This document shows, piece by piece, positions 16,710 to 25,099 of a DNA stretch of 59,826 nt. Origin of the DNA: Dehalococcoidia bacterium (GTDB lineage: Bacteria; Chloroflexota; Dehalococcoidia; SHYD01); NCBI GenBank assembly GCA_009692945.1, contig SHYD01000005.1, positions 1 to 59,826 of the forward strand, read 5' to 3'. Numbering within the stretch: position 1 is the stretch's first letter; each line of letters begins with the position of its first letter. The position numbers were made by a program, and so were the translations under genes. Under the pieces are notes generated by a model, which was given only the letters and a program-made list of their open reading frames with translations, searched no databases and was not told where the DNA came from.

Positions 16710-17258
16710 TTGATGTTGGAACTAACCACGGTGGACACCGCATCGCTGCAGCGCGTGATCTTGCAGCACGACGTCGAGCAGTTTCTGTATAAAGAGGCTC
16801 GGCTGCTGGACGAGCGCCGGCTGGAGGAGTGGTTGGAACTCTTGGCCGAGGAGCTTCACTACTGGATGCCCATGCGCCGCAACATCAAGTTCGGCGATTG
16901 GGACCTGGAGTTCACCAGCCACGAGACCGAGATCAACTGGTTCGATGAGGGGAAGGACGTCCTGGCGGGTCGGATCCGGCAGATCAACACCGGGGTCCAC
17001 TGGCCCGAAGAGCCGGTCTCCCGGTTCGAGCACATCATCAGCAACGTGGAACTGGTGGGCGTGGAAGGCGACGAGATCAGCGTCAACAGCAAGTTCTTCT
17101 GCTACCAGAACCGCCTCCAGGACGAGGTGAACCAGTGGGTGGGGCGGCGAGAGGACCTGTTGCGGCGGGACCCCGCCACCAAATTCAAGCTCGTCAAGCG
17201 AAAGATCATCCTCGCGCAGAATGTGATGCTCCCCAAGGTGGTCAACACCTTCTTCTAG
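16710..17258 (+). CDS. Aromatic ring-hydroxylating dioxygenase, small (beta) subunit
   Basis: 182 aa; FLYKEARLLDERRLEEWLELLAEELHYWMP is the typical beta-subunit (SnoaL-like) N-terminus. Confidence 0.9.
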   Translation: MMLELTTVDTASLQRVILQHDVEQFLYKEARLLDERRLEEWLELLAEELHYWMPMRRNIKFGDWDLEFTSHETEINWFDEGKDVLAGRIRQINTGVHWPEEPVSRFEHIISNVELVGVEGDEISVNSKFFCYQNRLQDEVNQWVGRREDLLRRDPATKFKLVKRKIILAQNVMLPKVVNTFF

Positions 17259-17294
17259 CGCACTTCGCGAGGAGTGGGGCATGATGGCGACCCC

Positions 17295-17395
17295 GCTCTG
17301 AACCGGGTGTCCAGCGGGTCTCCCGCTGGCGGGGAGCGTGAGGGGGGCGCCTCCTCACTCCATCTTCTTGATTCCCCTCTCCTTTGGGCCGTGGC
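17295..17395 (+). repeat. Family E repeat
   Basis: GGTGTCCAGCGGGTCTCCCGCTGGCGGGGAGCGTGAGGGGGGCGCCTCCTCAC, inverted relative to the 12405-12525 copy. Confidence 0.7.
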
Positions 17396-17419
17396 CGCTG
17401 GCCAGGCGGTAAGAGCTCA

Positions 17420-17750
17420 GTGTTCGGGGGTCGGACACGGGGGTGCAGGGGGCGAAGCCCCGCTGCTTGTCCTGGACCCGCCGAAGGGCCGGGGGTCTGG
17501 GGGTGTTCCCCATAGGAGTGGGCACCTTTTTGCTTCATGCCTGGATGAGGGCTTTGGGACGGGGGTGTGCAGAGGGGGCGAAGCCCCTTCTGCCGGGGCC
17601 TGGGGTGTCCCCACACACAAACGAAATGGGTGGGTCGGTGGGAAGTGCAGCCTTGGAGGTTGTCCGAGGAGAAACCTGCTCACTCCTATGGGTGTTCCCC
17701 CAGGAACAAGAACTTCTCTTTTCCTTGGGGGGTGGGGCCACCGACCGGGA
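17420..17750 (-). repeat. Right arm of ~290-bp inverted repeat bracketing the dioxygenase operon (outer tail resembles family A' tail)
   Basis: Reverse complement aligns to 14456-14745; 17690-17750 also matches 19730-19790. Confidence 0.8.
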
Positions 17751-17803
17751 GGTAGCCCCCGAAGGCTGAGCAGTTACGCCAGGCGTTTATCGGCGGAGTG
17801 ATC

Positions 17804-18145
17804 ATGACTGCACGAATCGAGTGGAGAACCAAGGGGAAGGGCGACGACGCCCTGCTGTTCGTGAGAGAGTTCGGCGAGGCCGGCGATACGGTGCTGAAGA
17901 TGTGGGACGCCGACCGGGGACGCATCACCGATTTCCTGAACGGGATGGTGGAGCTGGAATCCGCCGTGGTGAGCCTGGAGACCAGCGTAGACCAGCGCGA
18001 TCCCCTCCAGTGGGGCGAGCTTGTGCTTTCACGGGCCCAGCCAGGCGGCGATGTGTTGGACATCGACCCCGAGATCTACTGGGACCAGATCTATTACTGG
18101 TTCAGGTCGCATGGTATCGATCCGCACCCCTGGCGCCCGCGCTGA
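17804..18145 (+). CDS. Hypothetical protein
   Basis: 113-aa ORF with GGCGGAG RBS-like sequence upstream of ATG 17804; no family recognised. Confidence 0.5.
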   Translation: MTARIEWRTKGKGDDALLFVREFGEAGDTVLKMWDADRGRITDFLNGMVELESAVVSLETSVDQRDPLQWGELVLSRAQPGGDVLDIDPEIYWDQIYYWFRSHGIDPHPWRPR

Positions 18146-18310
18146 CCCAGCCGCCACCAAAGAGAGCCCCAGATTGCGCAGATGCCCGGTGAGCCTTCGG
18201 AACGGGTACCCTTGGTCGCCATCTACCATGACCCGAACTCATTATCCTATCCGGAGAACCGCGTCTGCCCCGGCACCGAGCACGCGACTGTTAAACAACC
18301 ACAACGTGGA

Positions 18311-18342
18311 GGAGGTCGCGAACCGCGCGGTTCGCGACCTCC
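18311..18342. terminator. Perfect 14-bp-stem hairpin, candidate bidirectional terminator
   Basis: GGAGGTCGCGAACC-GCGC-GGTTCGCGACCTCC between convergent ORFs 17804-18145 (+) and 18356-18690 (-). Confidence 0.5.
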
Positions 18343-18355
18343 ATGTCGGCGATGA

Positions 18356-18690
18356 TCAAGGGGTGAGTTTGTTACGGGGATCAGGGACGTGAATAGGGGT
18401 TTCGACGACGTTGGGGTAACGGTTGCTACCCTCGTCGAATATCGGGACTGTCTTTCCACCCTTTTTACTACCAAGGTTGATGGTAACCCGGACGATGTAG
18501 TCGCCTTCGGACACCCCGGTGATGTCGATCCATTGGCCACCCAGTTGTTTGTAGTACCAGTCACCCCAGCCGGAGGTAATACCCTGGTATCCGCAGTTAT
18601 AGCCACCGCTCTTTTCGCCGTCATACTTGAAGGAGTCCTCAAAGCAGAAGCCCTGCTTCCATGTAGCAGACGGTTGCCAGCAGGTCTGTG
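18356..18690 (-). pseudogene. Lysyl oxidase (LOX) family C-terminal remnant
   Basis: WKQGFCFEDSF...QGITSGWGDWYYKQLGGQWIDITGVSEGDYIVRVTINL parallels the LOX catalytic-domain C-terminus; no start codon, copper-binding His motif absent, abuts cyclase stop. Confidence 0.55.
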
Positions 18691-18702
18691 CTCTCAGCGC
18701 CG

Positions 18703-19659
18703 CTACTTGATCACATACGCGTTGGCGGGCGAGCCCACGCCGCCGGGGATGCTCAGCGGTTTCACCGTCACCATGAACTCGTACACCCCATCGCGGGCGC
18801 AGTCCTCGGCGAGTTCGGCGAAGGTGAACAGTTCGCCGATGCCCATGCCCAGCATGGCGAGGATGCGGCGGTGCTGGAACTCGGTGCCCTCCACCCGCAT
18901 CGCCTCCAGCGCGATGTTGTCGGCCAGCAGCACCGAGAAGCCGCGGTCCCACAGCCACGCCGCGGTACCCTGGCCTGCGTCGAGTCCGGGGCATTCGAGG
19001 CCGCTCTCCCGGTTGTGAACGGTGCCCGCCAGGGGGGCGCGCTGCTCCGGAGTCATGCCGAGGTACCAGTCCATCCAGCCGGTGCGCAACAGCATCATGT
19101 CGCCTTCCTCGAAGGCGACGCCCTGGGCGGCGGCGACGGCGTCCAGCAGTTCTCCGGTGATGGCGAAGCGGCGGTACGGGGCCAGGGGAGCGCCCCGCCG
19201 CGCCAGGTGGCCGGCGACATCCAGCAGCACGCCGCGGCCCACCACGCCGTGCTCGGCCCAGCGCTGGATACCGAGCGCAGGGGTTGCGTCGAGGTCCGCC
19301 TCCTGCCGCCCGCCGTAGTAGCCGAACTCCCGGTAACGGATGTGGCGCAGGCTGTCCAGATGGCCAACGCCGCCGTGCAGTTCGAAGGCGTCGGCGGTGT
19401 CGCTGCGGCCGCCGCGGTGCACGTGGGTGTGGTGCTGATACGGGGTCTCGGCGGGCCGGTTGGGGTGGGGCACGGCGCGCGACGGCTCGATGTTGAACAC
19501 GCGGCCCCGGCCCACCAACCCGGCGGCGCGCCGCACCCGCTCGGGGGTCAGGAGGTTGAGCATCCCCAGGTCATCGCCGGGGCCCCACACGTCCCAGGCG
19601 TGCCGTTCGGTGGTGCCCTCGATCAGGGGGAGATCGGCGAAGGCGGGCCGGGCGTTCAT
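18703..19659 (-). CDS. Cyclase family protein (kynurenine formamidase-like)
   Basis: 318 aa from MNARPAF; HTHVHRGG and DSLRHI-type metal motifs; the upstream part of the ORF track entry is repeat translation. Confidence 0.85.
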   Translation of the reverse strand: MNARPAFADLPLIEGTTERHAWDVWGPGDDLGMLNLLTPERVRRAAGLVGRGRVFNIEPSRAVPHPNRPAETPYQHHTHVHRGGRSDTADAFELHGGVGHLDSLRHIRYREFGYYGGRQEADLDATPALGIQRWAEHGVVGRGVLLDVAGHLARRGAPLAPYRRFAITGELLDAVAAAQGVAFEEGDMMLLRTGWMDWYLGMTPEQRAPLAGTVHNRESGLECPGLDAGQGTAAWLWDRGFSVLLADNIALEAMRVEGTEFQHRRILAMLGMGIGELFTFAELAEDCARDGVYEFMVTVKPLSIPGGVGSPANAYVIK

Positions 19660-19684
19660 GGGGGAGCCTGCCGGGGGAGTTGAC

Positions 19685-19790
19685 TCGGGGCAGGTGTGCA
19701 GAGGGCAGCCGTCCTCTGCCGGGGGGCCTTGGGGGTGCCCCCCAAGAACAAACAACTCTCTCCCCTTGGGGGGTGGGGCCACCGTAGGGA
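19685..19790 (+). repeat. Family A' variant element
   Basis: GGCAGGTGTGCAGAGGGCagccgtCCTCTGCCGGGGGGCCTTGGGGGTGCCCCCCAAGAACAA...GGGGGGTGGGGCCACC. Confidence 0.75.
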
Positions 19791-19890
19791 TGGGAGCGCC
19801 GGGAGAGCCGGCCGCTCGCCGATTAAGCCGGCGAAACGAGGCCGTACCGCCGGCGCAGCGCCGGCGAACCAGCTATCATCAACAGCGGAC

Positions 19891-20124
19891 ATGGACCTGC
19901 TCACGATCTACGGTCTCCTCGCGGTGGGGTCGATGCTGCTGTTCTACGGGCTGGAGCAGCGCTCGCCCTGGTTCGTGCTGGCCTTCGCCGGGTCGTGCCT
20001 CGCCTCATCGCTCTACGGCTTCCTCCAGGGCGCCTGGCCCTTCGGTGTCATCGAGGCGATCTGGACGGCGCTGGCGCTGCGGCGCTGGCGTGGCCGGGCC
20101 GGCGCCGGCCCGTCCGGCGTCTGA
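19891..20124 (+). CDS. Small membrane protein (two predicted TM helices)
   Basis: MDLLTIYGLLAVGSMLLFYGLEQRSPWFVLAFAGSCLASSLYGFLQGAWPFGVIEAIWTALAL. Confidence 0.5.
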   Translation: MDLLTIYGLLAVGSMLLFYGLEQRSPWFVLAFAGSCLASSLYGFLQGAWPFGVIEAIWTALALRRWRGRAGAGPSGV

Positions 20125-20269
20125 CCGCGCCACCCGTGGTGGGATTCTACCCGATCAGAGGGTGAGGTGCGAGGAGCCAACGGTTTTGAAGGCCGCTAAC
20201 GCTGGTGCTGCGTGGCCATCTAGGATTACAATCCCCCCGACACGACGCTGGCAACCGAGGCGCCCATGA

Positions 20270-20600
20270 CGACGCCGCACCGCCCGGACCCCCACTTCCG
20301 ACGATCAGATCAGCGACAACAGCTACCCCGATAAGCCCAAGAACACTCCACCCCTCGCACGTCACGAAGGCCGGTTGGAGTTGACATGGACCAACAAGCG
20401 ACTCCGTCTGCTCGCGGCTGACGATGGCTCGTACCAGTGGGTTGAGCCTTCGGACTACCGGGTTGCAGAGGTGCGGCTATTACGCGATGCCGGAACCTAT
20501 GGCACCGTGAACCAAAATCGGGCCAAGGACAACCTGCTCATCCGCGGTGACGCGCTCAACGCACTTACCAGTCTGATCCGGTTGCCTGAGTTTGCCCGTT
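20270..20600 (+). pseudogene. N-terminal remnant of an N6/N4 DNA methyltransferase (type III Mod-like)
   Basis: ...LELTWTNKRLRLL...NLLIRGDALNALTSLIRLPEF matches MTase N-termini, but no DPPY/AdoMet motifs follow and no canonical ATG start. Confidence 0.5.
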
Positions 20601-20955
20601 CCCGCAGGCTGGCCCCGCCGTCGAGCAGCGCCAGAACCCCAAGATGCCCGGCACCGAAGACGCGATGACCAACGCGGCCTTCGTGAGCCTACAGAGCACG
20701 AAACTCACCCTCCGGATGCTCGGGGGATTGATAGAAGCCGAACTACCAGCCGGCACACCCGTGATCAATATCGTCGCCCGGGGGGCTCCAACCGACATCA
20801 AAGTTGGCGCGTGGATATCAGCCGTGTTGAGGCCGGACGGGGTCGGCCACCACAACTACACCGAGGACAAATAGGCGGCTGACTGCGGCGGGCCGGTGGG
20901 GCTCGCCGTGGGGCCGTTCGCAGATGAGCACCCGTCCCTAACGTAGCCCTCATGG

Positions 20956-20964
20956 TGGTATAGT
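20956..20964 (+). promoter_or_regulatory. Extended -10-like box TGGTATAGT upstream of accC
   Basis: TGnTATAGT at 20956-20964; similar GGTATAGTAG strings at 9211-9220 and CGTATAGTAG at 5771-5780. Confidence 0.3.
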
Positions 20965-20984
20965 AGGGATGCGCCGCGGCGGCT

Positions 20985-22589
20985 TTGTTGACCAGAGTCC
21001 GCGGCGTTTTGGTTGCCCCTGACTCCCTGCACGGTCCACGAGCATTGCCTGCCGACCCGCCCGTCACCCGCCCCATCAAGAAGCTGCTGGTCGCCAACCG
21101 CGGCGAGATCGCCCTGCGGGTGCTGCGCGCCTGCCGGGAGGAGGGGATCGCCACGGTAGCGGTCTACTCCGAAGCGGACCGGGATGCCCTGCACGTACGC
21201 TACGCCGATGAGGCGTACCTGATCGGCCCCGCCCCCTCATCCGAGAGCTACCTCAGCATCCCCAACCTGCTCGACGCGGCCCGCACTTCCGGAGCCGATG
21301 CCGTCCACCCCGGCTACGGCTTCCTGTCGGAGAACGCCGGGTTCGCCCAGGCCTGCGCCAATGCGGGGCTGGTGTTTGTGGGCCCCCCGCCGGCGGCCAT
21401 CAGCCTGCTGGGCGACAAGGCCATGGCCCGCCGGGCCATGAAGCAGGCGGGCATCCCGCTGGTGCCCGGCACCGACCGCGTGACCGATCCCGAGGCCGCG
21501 CTGGCGTTCGGGGCCGAGGCCGGCTATCCGGTGCTGGTGAAGGCGGCGGGCGGCGGCGGCGGCCGGGGCATCCGGGTGGTGGCCACCCCCGATGAACTGG
21601 CGGGCGCCCTGCAGCAGGCGAGCCAGGAGGCGCTGCAGGCTTTCGGCGACGCCGGAGTCTACCTGGAGAAATACCTGCTGCCGGTGCGCCATGTGGAGAT
21701 CCAGATCATGGCGGACTCCCACGGGACCGTGGTGGGCCTCGGCGAGCGGGAATGCTCCATCCAGCGGCGCCACCAGAAAATCATCGAAGAGGCGCCCTCG
21801 GTCGCGGTCAGTCCGGAACTGCGGGGCCGCATGATCGCGGCGGCGGTGGCCGCCGCCCGCGCCGCGGACTACCGGGGCGCGGGCACGGTCGAGTTTTTGC
21901 TGGACCGGGACAGCCGGTTCTATTTCCTTGAGGTCAACACCCGCCTCCAGGTCGAACACCCGGTTACGGAGCTGCTGACAGGCCGGGACCTGGTGCGAGA
22001 CCAGTTGCGCGTCGCGGCGGGGCAGCCGCTGGGCTACACCCAGGACGATGTGTCGCCGCGGGGCTGGGCGCTGGAGTGCCGCATCACCGCCGAGGACCCT
22101 CACAACAGCTTCTTGCCCTCACTCGGCCGGGTGCGGCTGGCGCAGCTGCCGAGCGGTCCGGGCGTCCGGGTCGATTCCAGCCTGTACGACGGGCTGGAGG
22201 TGTCGCCATACTATGACTCGCTGCTGGCGAAGGTCATCGTTTGGGGGGAGGACCGGGCTCAGGCCATCGCCCGCATGCGCCGGGCGCTGGATGAATTCGT
22301 GTTGCTGGGGGTGAAGACCAACATCCCCTTCCACCGCTACCTGCTCGACCACCAGGATTTCCAGGCAGGAGCGATCAGCACCAGCTTCCTGGAGGGGGTG
22401 ATGGAAGACTTCGGCAAGGCCGCTACGGCCAATCGTGACCTCGCCGCCATCACCGCAGCCGTGCTGGCCCACTCGGGACTGTCCCCCGCCTCTGCTGCCC
22501 CCGGCCAGGCTTCCGCCGATGGGCCGGCCGCCCGGAGCGCCTGGGCCACGGCGTACCGCATGCGCAACTCCGGTTACTGGAAGGTTTGA
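20985..22589 (+). CDS. accC: Biotin carboxylase (acetyl/acyl-CoA carboxylase subunit)
   Basis: KKLLVANRGEIALRVLRACREEGI..., ATP-grasp and biotin carboxylase C-domain motifs; start uncertain (TTG 20985 or TTG 21045). Confidence 0.9.
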   Translation: MLTRVRGVLVAPDSLHGPRALPADPPVTRPIKKLLVANRGEIALRVLRACREEGIATVAVYSEADRDALHVRYADEAYLIGPAPSSESYLSIPNLLDAARTSGADAVHPGYGFLSENAGFAQACANAGLVFVGPPPAAISLLGDKAMARRAMKQAGIPLVPGTDRVTDPEAALAFGAEAGYPVLVKAAGGGGGRGIRVVATPDELAGALQQASQEALQAFGDAGVYLEKYLLPVRHVEIQIMADSHGTVVGLGERECSIQRRHQKIIEEAPSVAVSPELRGRMIAAAVAAARAADYRGAGTVEFLLDRDSRFYFLEVNTRLQVEHPVTELLTGRDLVRDQLRVAAGQPLGYTQDDVSPRGWALECRITAEDPHNSFLPSLGRVRLAQLPSGPGVRVDSSLYDGLEVSPYYDSLLAKVIVWGEDRAQAIARMRRALDEFVLLGVKTNIPFHRYLLDHQDFQAGAISTSFLEGVMEDFGKAATANRDLAAITAAVLAHSGLSPASAAPGQASADGPAARSAWATAYRMRNSGYWKV

Positions 22590-23101
22590 TGTCTCTCGAG
22601 ATCACCTACCACATCCAGGTGGCCGACGACACCCTTGAGGTGACGATCACCCCCGAAGCCGATGACTCCCTGCTGGTGACCATCAACGGTACGACCCGCC
22701 GGATCACCCTCATCCCAGCCGGTGACGGCCTCACCTATTTCCTGACCGCTGACGGCATCCGGAGGCCGGTGTACGCCGCCGCGGATGCCCAGTCCCTGGA
22801 GTTGCTGGTCGCCGGCGATCTCTTCAGCACGGCCCGGGTGGCGGAGCCCGGGCCGGGTGGTCAGGGCTCCGTTTCGGCGGGTTCCGGACCGCTGACCCTG
22901 AAGGCGCCGATGCCAGGGGTGGTCAAGGACGTGCTGGTGGCCCAGGGTGACCATGTGGAGCAGGGGGCGCCACTGGTGGTGCTGGAAGCCATGAAGATGA
23001 ACAACCAGATCCGGTCGCCCCGCGCCGGATCAGTCGTTACCCTGGCGGTCACCCCCGGCCAACGCCTGAACCGGGGAGACGCCCTGCTCACCCTCTCCTG
23101 A
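22589..23101 (+). CDS. Biotin carboxyl carrier (biotinyl-domain) protein
   Basis: C-terminal biotinyl domain with EAMKM motif; ATG overlaps accC stop (TGATG). Confidence 0.85.
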   Translation: MSLEITYHIQVADDTLEVTITPEADDSLLVTINGTTRRITLIPAGDGLTYFLTADGIRRPVYAAADAQSLELLVAGDLFSTARVAEPGPGGQGSVSAGSGPLTLKAPMPGVVKDVLVAQGDHVEQGAPLVVLEAMKMNNQIRSPRAGSVVTLAVTPGQRLNRGDALLTLS

Positions 23102-23139
23102 GCGGGTCTGCCACCCCGCTTTACTCAAGGCTGCTGGCG

Positions 23140-23300
23140 GGGTGTACCTATTCAGTGTCAGGGGTTCGGGGGTATGAGCCACGCCCCCCACCCCAGGGAA
23201 AAAAAGAGGAGGATTCTCTGTGGGGGGCACCCCCACTGCCCCGGCAGAGGGCTGTCGCCCTCATGCACTCCCACTTCTGCGCCCGGCCGCCCCCAATAGT
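23140..23300 (-). repeat. Family A REP/MITE-like element with tail
   Basis: Reverse complement of the A core; head GTACCTATTCAGTGTCAGGGGTTCGG is the rc of the 14900-14935 tail. Confidence 0.8.
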
Positions 23301-23651
23301 GCCATTGCCACGCGCGGAGTGGAAGCTGCACAGGCCTTTAGCGTCGACCGCACGGGGACGCTCGGGGTTTTGCGCTTATGTCAACGGGCCGAGAGGGCCT
23401 CTAAGCTAACCCATCAACGGATTGTCAACAAATCGTGGAAATCGGCCGCTAAATGCCCTTGCTCGGAGGTACTCCCCTTGGTACCCTTAGACGTCCGCCC
23501 GGCAGGATGGCTTGCCGCACCGGCCAGCCATTCCAAGGAACTCCGAGCACCTCCCTGTTTGACGCGGCGCACCTACCGGTCCGCAGCTGGTGGCCCCTGT
23601 CCGCGGCATCATTTCATTCATCTCTCTCCCATCCGGTCCTGGAGGACTTGC

Positions 23652-25028
23652 ATGACACAGCAATCTGCGGACGATATCTGGTCCGCTGCCCTCGGTGAAC
23701 TCCAGGTCCAGGTGGCGAGAGCTAACTACGACACCTGGTTGAAGGACACCAAAGGCCTGTCCCTGTTGGGTGACGTGTTCACCGTCGGTGCTCCAACCTC
23801 CTTTGCGATGGAATGGCTGGACAAGCGCCTTACCGCGCTCATCCGCAAGACCGTGGCCGGCATCCTGGGGCGGGATGTCGAACTGCGCTTCGTGGTGCTT
23901 GATGCCAAGAACGCGGCATTGTTGTCGCCCTCCGGCGAAGCCCCGCAAGCCGGCGTGCCACCCTCCGTGCCTACGAGCTACCAAGGTGTCCGCCTCAATC
24001 CCCGCTATACCTTTGCCTCCTTTATCGTCGGAGCGCCAAACCGTTTCGCCCACGCCGCGGCCGCCGCGGTCGCTGAGGGTCCCGGCCGGAGTTACAACCC
24101 CCTTTTCTTATACGGCGGGGTGGGCCTTGGCAAGACCCACCTGCTCCACGCCATCGGTCAACACTGCCGGGCCGCGGGGCATAACGTTCTCTACATCACC
24201 TCCGAACAGTTCACCAACGAGTTCATCAACGCCCTGCGGGAGCGCAAGACCGAGGAGTTCCGAGCGAAGTACCGCGGCGTCGATGTCCTGCTCATCGACG
24301 ACATCCACTTCATCGCGGACAAGGAGCAGACCCAGGAGAGCTTCTTCCACACCTTCAACGACCTGCACAACGCCAACCGGCAGATCGTCATAAGCAGCGA
24401 CCGTTCCCCGCGATCGATGCCTCTCCTGGAAGACCGCCTCCGGTCTCGCTTCGAGTGGGGGCTCATCGCCGATGTGCAGCCGCCCGACCTCGAAATGCGC
24501 CTGGCCATTCTCCGAAGCAAGGTGGAGGAGGCACATTTGGCCCTGCCGGGTGAGGTGATCAGCTTGATCGCCCACCGTTTCCAGAGCAACATTCGTGAAC
24601 TAGAAGGGGCGCTTAACCGGGTCCTCGCCTATTGCCAGTTGCAACATACGGCCCCCACCCTGGAGATTGCCGAACAGGCGTTGGAACCATTGCTTCACCG
24701 CGCTGGCCGGCAACACGCCAACCCCACCCGCATTATCACGGCCGTTGCCGAGTACACCCACGTGTCGATTGAGGAGCTGACGGGTCCACGCCGGTCGAAG
24801 GACATCGCATTCGCCCGGCAGATCGCCATGTATGTCCTACGAATGGAGACCTCTCTTTCGTTCGCGGCGATCGGCGGCGCGCTGGGTAACCGGGACCACT
24901 CCACCATCCTTCATGGCTTCGAGAAGATCGCCGACGCGGTTGAAGCCAACACGTCGGTGCGGCGCACCGTGGCCGAAGTCACCAATATCCTGCGCGGCAC
25001 GGCGGGCCAGAACAGCATGACCGCCTGA
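23652..25028 (+). CDS. dnaA: Chromosomal replication initiator protein DnaA
   Basis: 458 aa from MTQQSADDIWSAAL; Walker A GGVGLGKTHL, LLIDDIHF, C-terminal DnaA-box-binding HSTILHG motif. Confidence 0.95.
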   Translation: MTQQSADDIWSAALGELQVQVARANYDTWLKDTKGLSLLGDVFTVGAPTSFAMEWLDKRLTALIRKTVAGILGRDVELRFVVLDAKNAALLSPSGEAPQAGVPPSVPTSYQGVRLNPRYTFASFIVGAPNRFAHAAAAAVAEGPGRSYNPLFLYGGVGLGKTHLLHAIGQHCRAAGHNVLYITSEQFTNEFINALRERKTEEFRAKYRGVDVLLIDDIHFIADKEQTQESFFHTFNDLHNANRQIVISSDRSPRSMPLLEDRLRSRFEWGLIADVQPPDLEMRLAILRSKVEEAHLALPGEVISLIAHRFQSNIRELEGALNRVLAYCQLQHTAPTLEIAEQALEPLLHRAGRQHANPTRIITAVAEYTHVSIEELTGPRRSKDIAFARQIAMYVLRMETSLSFAAIGGALGNRDHSTILHGFEKIADAVEANTSVRRTVAEVTNILRGTAGQNSMTA

Positions 25029-25099
25029 CCCGTTGACACCCGGGGGAAGGGGCGGGCATTACCTCCACTTCTCCGGGTTGAGTGGCACGGCACGGGTCC

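Noticed and set aside
23300-23650. oriC upstream of dnaA
   Set aside because: Only weak box-like strings (TTATGTCAA, ATTTCCACG) were found. The clear triple GTGGATAAC cluster and AT-rich stretch are downstream of dnaA.
23220-23651. N-terminal 144-aa extension of the dnaA ORF in the track
   Set aside because: The extension begins inside a family A repeat and has no DnaA domain I similarity. Canonical DnaA domain I starts at MTQQSADDIW (ATG 23652), preceded by GGAGGA.
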